A DNA stretch of 64,000 bases. Source: Gammaproteobacteria bacterium (GTDB lineage Bacteria; Pseudomonadota; Gammaproteobacteria; Pseudomonadales; Azotimanducaceae). Location of the stretch: positions 2,099 to 66,098 of the forward strand of contig JABHYO010000087.1 of assembly GCA_018656865.1 (NCBI GenBank). The letters run 5' to 3'. Under the pieces are notes generated by a model, which made no database searches, had not been told where the DNA came from, and saw nothing but the letters and a program-made list of their open reading frames with translations. Position numbers and translations under genes: made by a program. Positions 15,445 through 24,973 of this stretch are shown here, piece after piece (the first letter of the stretch is position 1; each line of letters opens with the position of its first letter).

Positions 15445-18400
15445 ATGAATACGCTGATCAGTTTTTTCCTTAACCGCCCTCTGCTGGTCAACCTGATCAT
15501 GGTGTTCGTATTCGTGCTGGGACTAGCCACCATTGCGGACATGAGATACGAGTACAACCCTCTAGTGGATCTGGGTGTGGTCAACATCACAACCTTCGAT
15601 GCGGGTTCAAGTCCCGAAGAAACAGAACTGGCACTAACTCTGCCCATCGAAGAAGAGCTTCTGAAAGTCGACAACCTGAAGAAAATCTATTCCAACAGCA
15701 TGGAAGGACTTTCGGTCATTACGGTTCGCATAGACGTGGACTCCGGCGACAAACGCAAGACCCTCGCTGAGATTCAAAAAGCGGTCGACCGGGCGGTTAC
15801 CCGTCTGCCCGTGGATCTGATTGAAAAACCACAGGTTGAAGAATTGTCGACGCTACTGACTCCAGTGATGGAGGTCCATGTAGTCGGTGATGTAAGCGAA
15901 GGTCTGCTACGCAGTGCGGCGCGCAGCGTTGAAGACGGACTTCGCGAAGTCAAAGGCGTTGCAAGTATCCGCAAGGTCGGTTATCGGCGTCAGGAGATCA
16001 AAATTCAACTTCAGGCTGGTCAAGCGGCGGCTCTGGGTATCAGTCATGGAGAAATCATCAACTCTATCCGTTCCCACAATGTTCGCGACAGCGGCGGTTC
16101 TCTCGAATCCTTTGTGGCAGAGAAGAAGGTGCTTTCCGTCGGGCAGTTCACAGAACCGGGTGAAGTCAGTGAGGTGATCGTACGCAGTATCGAGGAAGGG
16201 AATGTCATACGGGTACGCGATATTGCAGAAGTCATCGAGGGGTATGAGGATTGGGAAATCCAGTCTCGAACAGATGGTCAGTTGAGCATCGCCCTGTTGG
16301 TTCGCAAAAAGGAATTGGCAGATGAACTACATACTGCCCGAAACATCAGCAGCTTCCTCGAGCAGAGTCAGGTATCCATGCCCCAGGGAGTCGAATTGAA
16401 ACAGGTCAACGACATATCCCGCCTGACCACCAATATGCTGGATGTTCTTGTCGGTAACGCCCTGGTTGGTCTGATGGCGGTCTTTATTCTGTTGTGCCTG
16501 TTACTCAATGTCCGATTTGCCATATGGGTTGCCCTGGGACTTCCATTCGCAATTTGTCTGACCTTCCTGCTCCTGGCCTCCATCGACATCACCATAAACG
16601 CCATCAGCCTGATCGCGATCATATTGTTGATGGGTATCCTCGTGGACGATGCTGTCGTTGTCAGTGAAAGCGTCCAGCGACTGCGAGAAGCGGGTGTCGA
16701 TCGGATGAAGGCGAGTCTGGATGGTACGCTGCTTGTGGCACAACCGGTCGTGTTCAGCGCACTGACGACCATGCTTGCCTTTGCCCCCCTGTTATTCATG
16801 TCCGGCGCTGATGCTGCGTTTATGTCTGACTTTCCGGTCACCGTGGTGGTACTGCTCTTGGCCTCACTGTTTGAATGCCTGTACCTGCTGCCCACCCACC
16901 TTTCACATGTTCGAATTACTGTAAGCAGCCAGAGCCAGCAGAACAGTCAATTCTTCGACCGTCTTAGAGATCGTTATTATCGCTTTGTCGCGGGCGCTGT
17001 GGAGAGACGATACCTTTCACTGCTGCTGTTCATTGTTCTGATGATTGGTATTTTGGCTTTTGGTGCCGCCACCATACGGTTCGTTCTTTATCCAAAACCG
17101 GACATCGACAGTATCAATATCAAGGTCGAGTTACCCACAGGCACAAGTTTTCAGGAGACTGTGGACAGGGTAAAGAGGATAGAAAGTGATGTTCGCACTA
17201 TGGTCAATGGCGAAGACCTTCTGAATGTCACCAGCCAGATCGGTCATCACGATACTGACATGTACGGAGCGACGGAAGGCCGCAACAGGTCGTGGGCTGT
17301 GGTTTCCCTTTTTCTGAAACCTGTTGGCCAGCGTGATACTGATACCTATGAGCTGACAGATGAATTGAGGGGCTGGGCGCTAGGGGAAGAGGATGCAAGT
17401 GCCCTGACAGTCGTTCCTCTCACTGACATTCCCGTTACGGGTAAACCTGTTGAAGTTGAAGTCATCAGTAACGGTGAGGAGCGTTTCATCATCGCCGAGC
17501 AGTTGCTCGATTGGCTTGCAGAGCAACCGGCAGTGACAAGTTACTGGACCAGCTACCATGCAGGCAGAGATATTTTGGACTTACAATTCAATCATCCATT
17601 GATGGCCGCCAGGGGATTAACGGTTGCTGATGTGAGTCGCGCAGTGAGGATTGCGATAGATGGCGAATTGATCGATGAATTACAGACACTGGATGAACGT
17701 GTGCGATATCGGTTGCAGCTACCTCCAGTACATAGCGGTTCATTGTCTACATTGGAGAATCTTGCGATCGTGAACAGTCGCGGTGAGGCGATCTATCTCA
17801 AATCGATTGCTGAATTCAAGCTTCGTAAAGGCGAAGCTGATATCAAACACTACTTCGGCAAAAGAACGGTCACCGTCTATGCGGAAATAGACCGGGAAAA
17901 GATCAGTGTGGAGGAGATCAACGGAAGTCTTGCGAAATTCATCAGTGATCAGAGTTTGACCAGTCAGTATTCGGATGCGCGTATATGGCAGGGAGGTGAA
18001 TTGGAGCAGCAGGCGGAGGTGCTGGGCAACCTGGGGCAGGCGACCATGATCTGTGTTCTCAGCATATTCGCCCTGCTGGTGGTCTTGTTTAATTCGCTGT
18101 CTCACCCTCTGTTGATCATGATAGTTGTTCCATTTGGAATGACGGGAGTAGTGATTGGCTTCGGAGTCCAGGGACTCGAAATGGGTATGATGGCGATGAT
18201 GGGGGTTATTGGCCTGATTGGGGTGCTGGTTAACGACTCGCTGGTGCTCGTGCATACTCTGAATCGCACACGCGAGGAAAATGGTGGTTCATTAACCGTT
18301 TCGAAAATTGCCGAGGTCTCCCGGCTTCGGTTCAGACCCATTGTGATCACTTCTATTACGACAGTTGTAGGTTTGTTGCCAACTGCCTATGGAATACTGG

Positions 18401-18546
18401 GGGAAAATTCGTACATCACCCCGATGGTTATGGCGATGGCCTGGGGCGTGATGTTCGGAGGGATTTCAACGCTGATACTCCTGCCTTGTCTGTATGCCAT
18501 CGACCAGGATTTGAAGGCATGGTTCGGTCGCCTGCTGCCTGCGTAG
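15445..18546 (+). CDS. RND efflux permease (AcrB/AcrD/AcrF family)
   Basis: MNTLISFFLNRPLLVNLIMVFV start, ~1030 aa, 12-TM/two-loop layout, GILVDDAVVV and VLVNDSLVLV motifs. Confidence 0.9.
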   Translation: MNTLISFFLNRPLLVNLIMVFVFVLGLATIADMRYEYNPLVDLGVVNITTFDAGSSPEETELALTLPIEEELLKVDNLKKIYSNSMEGLSVITVRIDVDSGDKRKTLAEIQKAVDRAVTRLPVDLIEKPQVEELSTLLTPVMEVHVVGDVSEGLLRSAARSVEDGLREVKGVASIRKVGYRRQEIKIQLQAGQAAALGISHGEIINSIRSHNVRDSGGSLESFVAEKKVLSVGQFTEPGEVSEVIVRSIEEGNVIRVRDIAEVIEGYEDWEIQSRTDGQLSIALLVRKKELADELHTARNISSFLEQSQVSMPQGVELKQVNDISRLTTNMLDVLVGNALVGLMAVFILLCLLLNVRFAIWVALGLPFAICLTFLLLASIDITINAISLIAIILLMGILVDDAVVVSESVQRLREAGVDRMKASLDGTLLVAQPVVFSALTTMLAFAPLLFMSGADAAFMSDFPVTVVVLLLASLFECLYLLPTHLSHVRITVSSQSQQNSQFFDRLRDRYYRFVAGAVERRYLSLLLFIVLMIGILAFGAATIRFVLYPKPDIDSINIKVELPTGTSFQETVDRVKRIESDVRTMVNGEDLLNVTSQIGHHDTDMYGATEGRNRSWAVVSLFLKPVGQRDTDTYELTDELRGWALGEEDASALTVVPLTDIPVTGKPVEVEVISNGEERFIIAEQLLDWLAEQPAVTSYWTSYHAGRDILDLQFNHPLMAARGLTVADVSRAVRIAIDGELIDELQTLDERVRYRLQLPPVHSGSLSTLENLAIVNSRGEAIYLKSIAEFKLRKGEADIKHYFGKRTVTVYAEIDREKISVEEINGSLAKFISDQSLTSQYSDARIWQGGELEQQAEVLGNLGQATMICVLSIFALLVVLFNSLSHPLLIMIVVPFGMTGVVIGFGVQGLEMGMMAMMGVIGLIGVLVNDSLVLVHTLNRTREENGGSLTVSKIAEVSRLRFRPIVITSITTVVGLLPTAYGILGENSYITPMVMAMAWGVMFGGISTLILLPCLYAIDQDLKAWFGRLLPA

Positions 18547-18556
18547 GCACCAACCC

Positions 18557-21500
18557 ATGACCAATCCATCCTACGAAGAACTCGACGCCATGATCGATCG
18601 GTGCATGATTGCCGATCGCTTTCGTCTGCGTCGCGATCTTAAAAAGAAAAGTGAGCGCGGCCGGCTGGTTGGCCGGATCGAAAAATCTCTGAAGCTGGTC
18701 GAACAGCGCAAAACCAGCATACCGACAATCTCCTATCCAGAGTCGTTGCCAGTTTCACAGAATGCGGGGTTGATCCGTGATGCTATTGAGGCAAATCAAG
18801 TAGTTATCGTCGCCGGTGAAACAGGCTCGGGAAAAACCACGCAGTTACCCAAGCTGTGTCTTGAAGCAGGCAGGGGAGTCTTTGGTCGTATCGGACACAC
18901 ACAACCCCGTAGAGTAGCGGCGCGTACGATTGCGCACCGGTTGGCAGAAGAGATGGGGGTTCGGGTTGGCAATGAAGTTGGCTTTCAGATCAGATTCCAG
19001 GATGAATCGAAAGTTTCCTCGTTGATCAAGGTTATGACAGACGGCGTACTTCTGGCTGAAACCCAAAGTGATCGATTCCTTGAACGCTATGACACGATCA
19101 TTATTGACGAGGCCCATGAACGAAGCCTCAACATCGATTTTCTACTGGGTTATCTCAAAAGAATTCTGCCGAAACGACCTGATCTAAAGCTGGTCATTAC
19201 ATCGGCAACAATCGATTTGGAAAGATTTTCCCGGCATTTCAATAACGCGCCCATTGTCGAAGTCAGTGGTAGAACCTATCCGGTAGAAGTGCATTATCGT
19301 CCGCTTGTGGAATCAGAGGATGACAATGAGCCTGTCATGCGGGGCATCCTTGAAGTGTTAGAGGAAATTGATTCACTGACGAAAGGCGATGTATTGATCT
19401 TTCTGCCCGGAGAAAGAGAGATTCGAGAAACCGCTCAGGAAATAAAACGTAAAGGGCCCAAGGGTTATGAGCTGCTGCCACTTTATTCCAGGTTAGGTAT
19501 TGCCGAGCAGAACCGGGTATTTGCCACCCACAAGGGACGGCGGGTTGTGCTGGCGACCAACGTCGCTGAAACGTCTCTGACGGTCCCCGGCATTCGTTAT
19601 GTCATCGATCCCGGGCTGGCGAGAGTTTCCCGCTACAGTGTCAGGTCCAAGGTCCAGCAGTTGCCGATAGAGCCGGTCTCTCAGGCAAGTGCCAATCAAC
19701 GCATGGGCAGATGCGGGCGCATCAGCGATGGTGTCTGTTTTCGTTTGTTCTCGGGAGAGGATTTTGAGGCGAGACCGGCCTTTACCGAACCCGAAATCCT
19801 GAGAACGAATCTCGCGGCAGTGATATTGCAGATGTTGCACCTGAAGCTGGGGGATATCAGTAAATTCCCCTTTGTGGAGCGTCCTGATCAGAAGCAGATC
19901 AATGACGGTTTTACACTGCTTTTTGAACTTGGTGCGGTGGACAGGCAGCGGAACATCACTCGTCTCGGTAAGCAGTTGTCCCTATTTCCTGTTGACCTGC
20001 GATTTGCGCGAATGCTCATCGCTGCCGCCCAGATGGGGTGCCTCGAGGAGGTTTTGATAATCGCCAGCGGCCTGACCATTCAGGATCCACGAGAAAGACC
20101 CTTCGATCATCAGCAGGCGTCGGATGAAACTCACCGCAAGTACTGGGATGAAAAGTCAGACTTCCAGGCTTTGATTAACCTTTGGAATAGTTTCGAAGAG
20201 AAGAGGCAGGCACTGAGCCAGGGGCAGCTTCGAAAATATTGCAGACAGAACTATCTCTCTAATATGCGCATGCGCGAGTGGCGGGAAATTCACCGACAAC
20301 TGCTGCTGATCTGCAAAGACCAGGGGCTTAGCATGAATAAGACTCCGGGCGAATATGCTGCGGTGCACAGGGCCTTGCTGACTGGGCTGCTGGGACACCT
20401 TGCCGAGAAAACCGGTGAGTACGAGTACACAGGTGCAAGGAATCGAAAACAGTTCATATTCCCCGGGTCATCACAGTTCAAAAGAAAGCCAAGATGGATT
20501 GTCTCTGCAGAACTGGCGGAGACAACGCGATTGTTTGCGCGGACAGTGGCCGAAATTGAGCAGCGCTGGATCGAACCGCTTGCCGGTCACCTGGTAAAGC
20601 GCACCTATCACGATCCCCAATTCGACCCGGAAAGAGGGCAGGTTGTCGCTCGCGAGGAAGTCACGCTCTATGGCCTTATCCTCGTCAACAACAGGATCGT
20701 CGATTTCGGTAGCGTAGATGGTCCAGAAGCAAGAGAGATCTTTATACAGAAAGGGCTTGTAGAAGGAGCCCTCAGCTCGAAGCTCAAGTTCTTTCAGCAC
20801 AACCGACGGGTCATCAGAGAGATCGAGAAACTGGAATCAAAGGAGCGAAAGCGCGACATTCTTATTGAGACCAGAGCGTTGTTTGATTTTTATGACCAGG
20901 CGTTGCCCAGGGATATCTCGAGTGAGCTTGAACTTACAGCATTTATAAACAGCTCACCTGAGAACGCACAGCGTCTGAAGTTGACAAAGGAAGAGCTGAT
21001 GCAGCGGGAGGCGGACCTCTCGGAGGTTTTGTATCCAGATCGTCTGCAGGTGGGTCAGGCAGCTTTGCCTCTACGGTATAAATTCGAACCTGGTAGTGGC
21101 GATGATGGTGTCAGTGTCGATATTCCGGTCGTGCTCCTGCACCAGGTTCCAAAAGCACAACTTGACTGGATTGTGCCGGGACTCCTGAAAGAAAAGTGCC
21201 TGGCACTGATCAGGTCACTGCCGAAGACACTGCGCAAGAATTTTGTCCCTGCACCTGACTACGTAGACAAGGTGCTCGAGGACTTTGACTATGACGGCAG
21301 AGAGTTAACGACAGCGCTGGCAGATCGTCTGTTCAGAATATCCGGCCACCGTGTCGAGACAAAGGATTTTCAGTCTGAGAACCTGGACAGACACCTGGCA
21401 CTGAATATTAGAGTTCTTGGTGAAAACAATAGGGTGATCGCAGCAGGAAGAGATCTGGGACAACTGGTTGACGAACTGGCAGACCAGGTGGCGGACCAAC

Positions 21501-22366
21501 TCCAGGATCGGGACACCCATGAGCTGGAACAGGAAGGCCAGACCGACTGGACCTTCGGTACACTGCCGGAGTCAGTTGACATCATCAGAAGCGGTGTCAC
21601 GGTCACCTACTACCCTGCAATTGTCGACGAGGGTGAAGATGTGGCAGTGCGTCTGGTGGAAACAGCCTTCAGGGCAAGGTGCCTGTCAGAGGCGGGTCTG
21701 CTTCGCCTGTTTCTGTTGCGATTAAAAGACCAGGAGAAATATCTGGGGAAAAACATTCCTGGATTTGATCGTTTTTCATTGTATTTTGCGACCAGAGGAG
21801 CTGCCAGCGCACTGAAAGAGAATCTCGTTCGCTCCGCGTTTAGTGATGTTCTGATTGAAGGGCAGGAAGATATTAGATCGAAGGAGGTGTTTGAATCTCG
21901 TCTTCAACAGCGTGACAGACTCTCGGACTGCCTGGAGCAGATTGCCAGGATTACCGGGCGCGGATTGGAGCAGGCGCTAAAGATTGAAGCGGCGATTGCC
22001 GATCTGGGAAATAAGGATACGAGTGGAGATATTCAGGTGCAGCTGTCGAGACTTTTCCCTGAGGACTTTCCTGCAGGAATTCCGTTTGAGTGGCTGCGAC
22101 AATATCCTCGATATCTCAAGGCGATCGAGCATCGGCTCGACAGGCTGAATTCGGCAAAAGATCGTGAAGCGATGGACCAGATTCAGGTCTGGCAGGACCG
22201 ATACTTCGAACTCGGGGATGAGGACCAGGTCAGGCTTACTCGGTTTCGCTGGATGCTGGAAGAATACAGGATTTCTTTGTTCGCGCAGGCCATAGGGACT
22301 ACCATGCGGGTATCCGATAAGCGCTTAGGTAAAGAGTGGGAAGCAGTTATGGGAATGCGTTTATGA
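18557..22366 (+). CDS. hrpA: ATP-dependent RNA helicase HrpA (DEAH box)
   Basis: GETGSGKTTQLP, DEAHERS, SATID, QRMGRCGR, and a long HrpA-type C-terminal extension (~1270 aa). Confidence 0.95.
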   Translation: MTNPSYEELDAMIDRCMIADRFRLRRDLKKKSERGRLVGRIEKSLKLVEQRKTSIPTISYPESLPVSQNAGLIRDAIEANQVVIVAGETGSGKTTQLPKLCLEAGRGVFGRIGHTQPRRVAARTIAHRLAEEMGVRVGNEVGFQIRFQDESKVSSLIKVMTDGVLLAETQSDRFLERYDTIIIDEAHERSLNIDFLLGYLKRILPKRPDLKLVITSATIDLERFSRHFNNAPIVEVSGRTYPVEVHYRPLVESEDDNEPVMRGILEVLEEIDSLTKGDVLIFLPGEREIRETAQEIKRKGPKGYELLPLYSRLGIAEQNRVFATHKGRRVVLATNVAETSLTVPGIRYVIDPGLARVSRYSVRSKVQQLPIEPVSQASANQRMGRCGRISDGVCFRLFSGEDFEARPAFTEPEILRTNLAAVILQMLHLKLGDISKFPFVERPDQKQINDGFTLLFELGAVDRQRNITRLGKQLSLFPVDLRFARMLIAAAQMGCLEEVLIIASGLTIQDPRERPFDHQQASDETHRKYWDEKSDFQALINLWNSFEEKRQALSQGQLRKYCRQNYLSNMRMREWREIHRQLLLICKDQGLSMNKTPGEYAAVHRALLTGLLGHLAEKTGEYEYTGARNRKQFIFPGSSQFKRKPRWIVSAELAETTRLFARTVAEIEQRWIEPLAGHLVKRTYHDPQFDPERGQVVAREEVTLYGLILVNNRIVDFGSVDGPEAREIFIQKGLVEGALSSKLKFFQHNRRVIREIEKLESKERKRDILIETRALFDFYDQALPRDISSELELTAFINSSPENAQRLKLTKEELMQREADLSEVLYPDRLQVGQAALPLRYKFEPGSGDDGVSVDIPVVLLHQVPKAQLDWIVPGLLKEKCLALIRSLPKTLRKNFVPAPDYVDKVLEDFDYDGRELTTALADRLFRISGHRVETKDFQSENLDRHLALNIRVLGENNRVIAAGRDLGQLVDELADQVADQLQDRDTHELEQEGQTDWTFGTLPESVDIIRSGVTVTYYPAIVDEGEDVAVRLVETAFRARCLSEAGLLRLFLLRLKDQEKYLGKNIPGFDRFSLYFATRGAASALKENLVRSAFSDVLIEGQEDIRSKEVFESRLQQRDRLSDCLEQIARITGRGLEQALKIEAAIADLGNKDTSGDIQVQLSRLFPEDFPAGIPFEWLRQYPRYLKAIEHRLDRLNSAKDREAMDQIQVWQDRYFELGDEDQVRLTRFRWMLEEYRISLFAQAIGTTMRVSDKRLGKEWEAVMGMRL

Positions 22367-23055
22367 TCAGGCATTTCATCGTGGTTCAATGGTTGTTTCT
22401 CTCCTGCGGTGCCTTAGCGGATATCAACGATCCATTTGAACCTGTGAATCGCAAAACCCAGGGGTTGAATGACTTTGCCGATGAACATTTCATGCGGCCA
22501 ATTGCGAGGGGGTACGGCAAGATTTTGCCGGATCCGATCCGTTATTCCATTGGCAGGGTCTTTGGTAATCTCGAAGATGTTGGCGATGCGGTCAACAATT
22601 TGTTGCAGCTCAAACCCAGGGCATTTGTCAGTGACCTGCTTCGCGTCAGCATTAACAGCACCATTGGTCTGGGAGGACTGTTTGACCCTGCCAGCCGACT
22701 TGGACTGACCGACCACGAAGAAGATTTCGCCCAGACACTGGCGACATGGAGGGTGCCGCGTGGACCCTATGTGGTGATCCCCTTTCTCGGTCCGAGCAGC
22801 CTGCGTGATGTCTTTAGCCGTTCGGCTAATAATCGACTGGATCCGCTAATCTACCTGCACCCGGTTGATCACCGAAACACAACTTTTGCCATGCGCCTGG
22901 TGCACCAGCGGGCTGACCTTTTGGCAGTGGATAGTGTTGTCTTTGGGGATCGTTACATATTCTTTCGCGATGCCTGGGTTCAGCGCAGGGAGTTTCTGGA
23001 AAAGGATGGTGTAGTAGACGACGACCCTTTTGCAGACGATTTCGATGACTTTTAA
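22363..23055 (+). CDS. mlaA: Outer-membrane lipoprotein MlaA/VacJ
   Basis: Lipobox LFLSC, then DPFEPVNRKTQGLNDFADEHFMRPIARGY. ATGA overlap with hrpA. Confidence 0.85.
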   Translation: MIRHFIVVQWLFLSCGALADINDPFEPVNRKTQGLNDFADEHFMRPIARGYGKILPDPIRYSIGRVFGNLEDVGDAVNNLLQLKPRAFVSDLLRVSINSTIGLGGLFDPASRLGLTDHEEDFAQTLATWRVPRGPYVVIPFLGPSSLRDVFSRSANNRLDPLIYLHPVDHRNTTFAMRLVHQRADLLAVDSVVFGDRYIFFRDAWVQRREFLEKDGVVDDDPFADDFDDF

Positions 23056-23072
23056 CGGACGTCGACTGAGCC

Positions 23073-23152
23073 GTCATCTCGACCGGAGCGCGAAGCGCGA
23101 AGCGGAGAGATCTCATCGAGATCCCTCGACTCACTAGTTCGCTCGGGATGAC
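23073..23152. repeat. Intergenic repeat family B, copy 1 (GTCATC...GGAGAGATCTCATCGAGATCCCTC...GGGATGAC)
   Basis: Shares GTCATCyyGA and GACCGGAGA..TCTCrTCGAGATyyCTC with 53908-53963. Outer arms GTCATC/GATGAC are inverted. Confidence 0.5.
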
Positions 23153-23296
23153 CCCACTTTGTGTCGTCATTTACATCCGATCCTTCATTACAAGTGTAAA
23201 GATATCGACGTAAATAGTTGTAGTTACAGGATTTTTGGGCTAAATTGCTTTCGATTTCCTGCACGTTGCAGCGCAACATGAATTCACGAAGTGAAC

Positions 23297-24436
23297 ATGG
23301 GCAACGATAGGTATCAAATACTTATCGTTTCAGCGTCCGCGGCAGCCGATGAGATGCGGCTTCGCCTTGCGGAGAGCGGCTTTACCGCAGTCAAAAACGT
23401 TACCTACCCGAATGTCATCGAGAATATCAGGCAATCCCTGCCCGATCTGATCCTGCTTACCCAGCAGCCAGGCATGTCTTCGCTCCTGATACTCAGCAAA
23501 ATTAGCCGCCAGTTTCCCATGGTCCCTATTGTCATAGTGGCCACGGATATTAATGCAGAGGTTGTGCAGGAACACCTGGATGCTGGTGCCTGCGACTATA
23601 TCTACTATGTTAGTGCCGAAAAGGAATTGTTGGCATTCGTTGTGCAACAGAACCTGGAACACAGACTCAAGGTTCTGGCGATAGAAGCACAGGAAGAGAC
23701 AGTTACCATGTTCGAACAACTGGAACGCGACCAGCAGTCAGGTTTTCGCGTTCAACAGGCGATGTTGCCGAAATCACCCATGTCGATTCGCGGTCTAACC
23801 TTTGACCACCAGCTATATCCGTCCATGATCATGAGCGGTGACTTTATTGACTATTTTGAGTTGTTTGACGGCAGGGTGGCCTTTTATATTGCTGATGTCT
23901 CTGGCCATGGTGCTTCAAGCGCCTTTATTACTGTCCTACTGAAGAGCATGTCCCGCCGATTGCTGGATGAATACCATGATTTAAAGACTACTGCCGAGAT
24001 TCTGACCTGGTTCAACTCAGAACTGATGCATTGGAATCTGGAACATCATGTCGCGATGTTTTTCGGCATAATCGACCAGGAAAATAGTCTCCTGGAGTAC
24101 AGCAACGCCGCGCATTTCCCGGGTACAATCCTCTGCCACGAAAATGACGCTAACTTTCTGAAAATTGGCGGACAACCGCTCGGTCTATTCAGTGAACCCT
24201 CTTATGAATCTCACGAGGTACATCTGCCAGATCTCTACAGTATTGTGATGTTTTCCGACGGAGTGTTTGAAATCCTTCCTCAACAGACCCTTGAGGATAA
24301 GGAAGCGCACCTGCTATCACTGGTAAAATCTCATCGGCAGGAAGACCTGGATGCTCTGGTTGACGATCTGGGTGTACTAACTGCGAGGAGGATCCCGGAT
24401 GACATTGCCGTATTTACCGTCGAAAGTTCGGGCTAA
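23297..24436 (+). CDS. Response regulator receiver fused to a PP2C/SpoIIE phosphatase (RssB-like architecture)
   Basis: Receiver ILIVSASAA...DLILL, then the PP2C signature SGDFIDYFEL...FYIADVSGHGASSAF. Confidence 0.85.
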   Translation: MGNDRYQILIVSASAAADEMRLRLAESGFTAVKNVTYPNVIENIRQSLPDLILLTQQPGMSSLLILSKISRQFPMVPIVIVATDINAEVVQEHLDAGACDYIYYVSAEKELLAFVVQQNLEHRLKVLAIEAQEETVTMFEQLERDQQSGFRVQQAMLPKSPMSIRGLTFDHQLYPSMIMSGDFIDYFELFDGRVAFYIADVSGHGASSAFITVLLKSMSRRLLDEYHDLKTTAEILTWFNSELMHWNLEHHVAMFFGIIDQENSLLEYSNAAHFPGTILCHENDANFLKIGGQPLGLFSEPSYESHEVHLPDLYSIVMFSDGVFEILPQQTLEDKEAHLLSLVKSHRQEDLDALVDDLGVLTARRIPDDIAVFTVESSG

Positions 24437-24440
24437 ATCT

Positions 24441-24947
24441 ATGGGGAAAATATTATTTGCAGAGCAAAATGGCATTTACGTCCTCAAGTTTGTGGGTGAT
24501 GTAAGGCTTACCCTGGGGCCGACTATCTCAACCTTCCTTGATAAACTCAGAAACCGGGAAAACTTCCGGGCAATGATCATTGATATGTCTGAAACCAAGG
24601 CCATAGACAGCACCGCCCTCGGTCTGGTTGCCAAGGTTGGAATCTGCTGCAGAGAACAGTTTGCTCACACTGTCAGCATTATTTCGCCGAACGATGATAT
24701 TACTCGAGTCCTGAAAAGTATGGCGATGCAGGACGTCTGTATGATATCCAGTGACCCGCTGACCGAAGCAAGCGACTTGGCGGAACTTCCCCGGGAAGTT
24801 GCAAGCGAAGATGCCTTGAGAGAGCAGGTGCTGGACGCGCACCGTACGCTCATGTCTCTGAACAAGGATAATCAGGACAAGTTTAAAGATCTGGTTGAAG
24901 CCCTGGAGATGGAAAAGCTGGAAACACCGTCCAGGCTGGCCAGCTAA
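24441..24947 (+). CDS. STAS-domain anti-sigma-factor antagonist (RssC-like)
   Basis: VLKFVGDVRLT...MIIDMSETKAIDSTALGLV is a typical STAS/SpoIIAA pattern. Starts 4 nt after the PP2C gene. Confidence 0.8.
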   Translation: MGKILFAEQNGIYVLKFVGDVRLTLGPTISTFLDKLRNRENFRAMIIDMSETKAIDSTALGLVAKVGICCREQFAHTVSIISPNDDITRVLKSMAMQDVCMISSDPLTEASDLAELPREVASEDALREQVLDAHRTLMSLNKDNQDKFKDLVEALEMEKLETPSRLAS

Positions 24948-24973
24948 GAGGAACGGCCTGTAGGCTTCTACCG

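Noticed and set aside
23052-23279. 75-aa minus-strand ORF in the mlaA / REC-PP2C intergenic region
   Set aside because: It spans repeat family B copy 1 and the likely promoter region. It has no SD and no motif.
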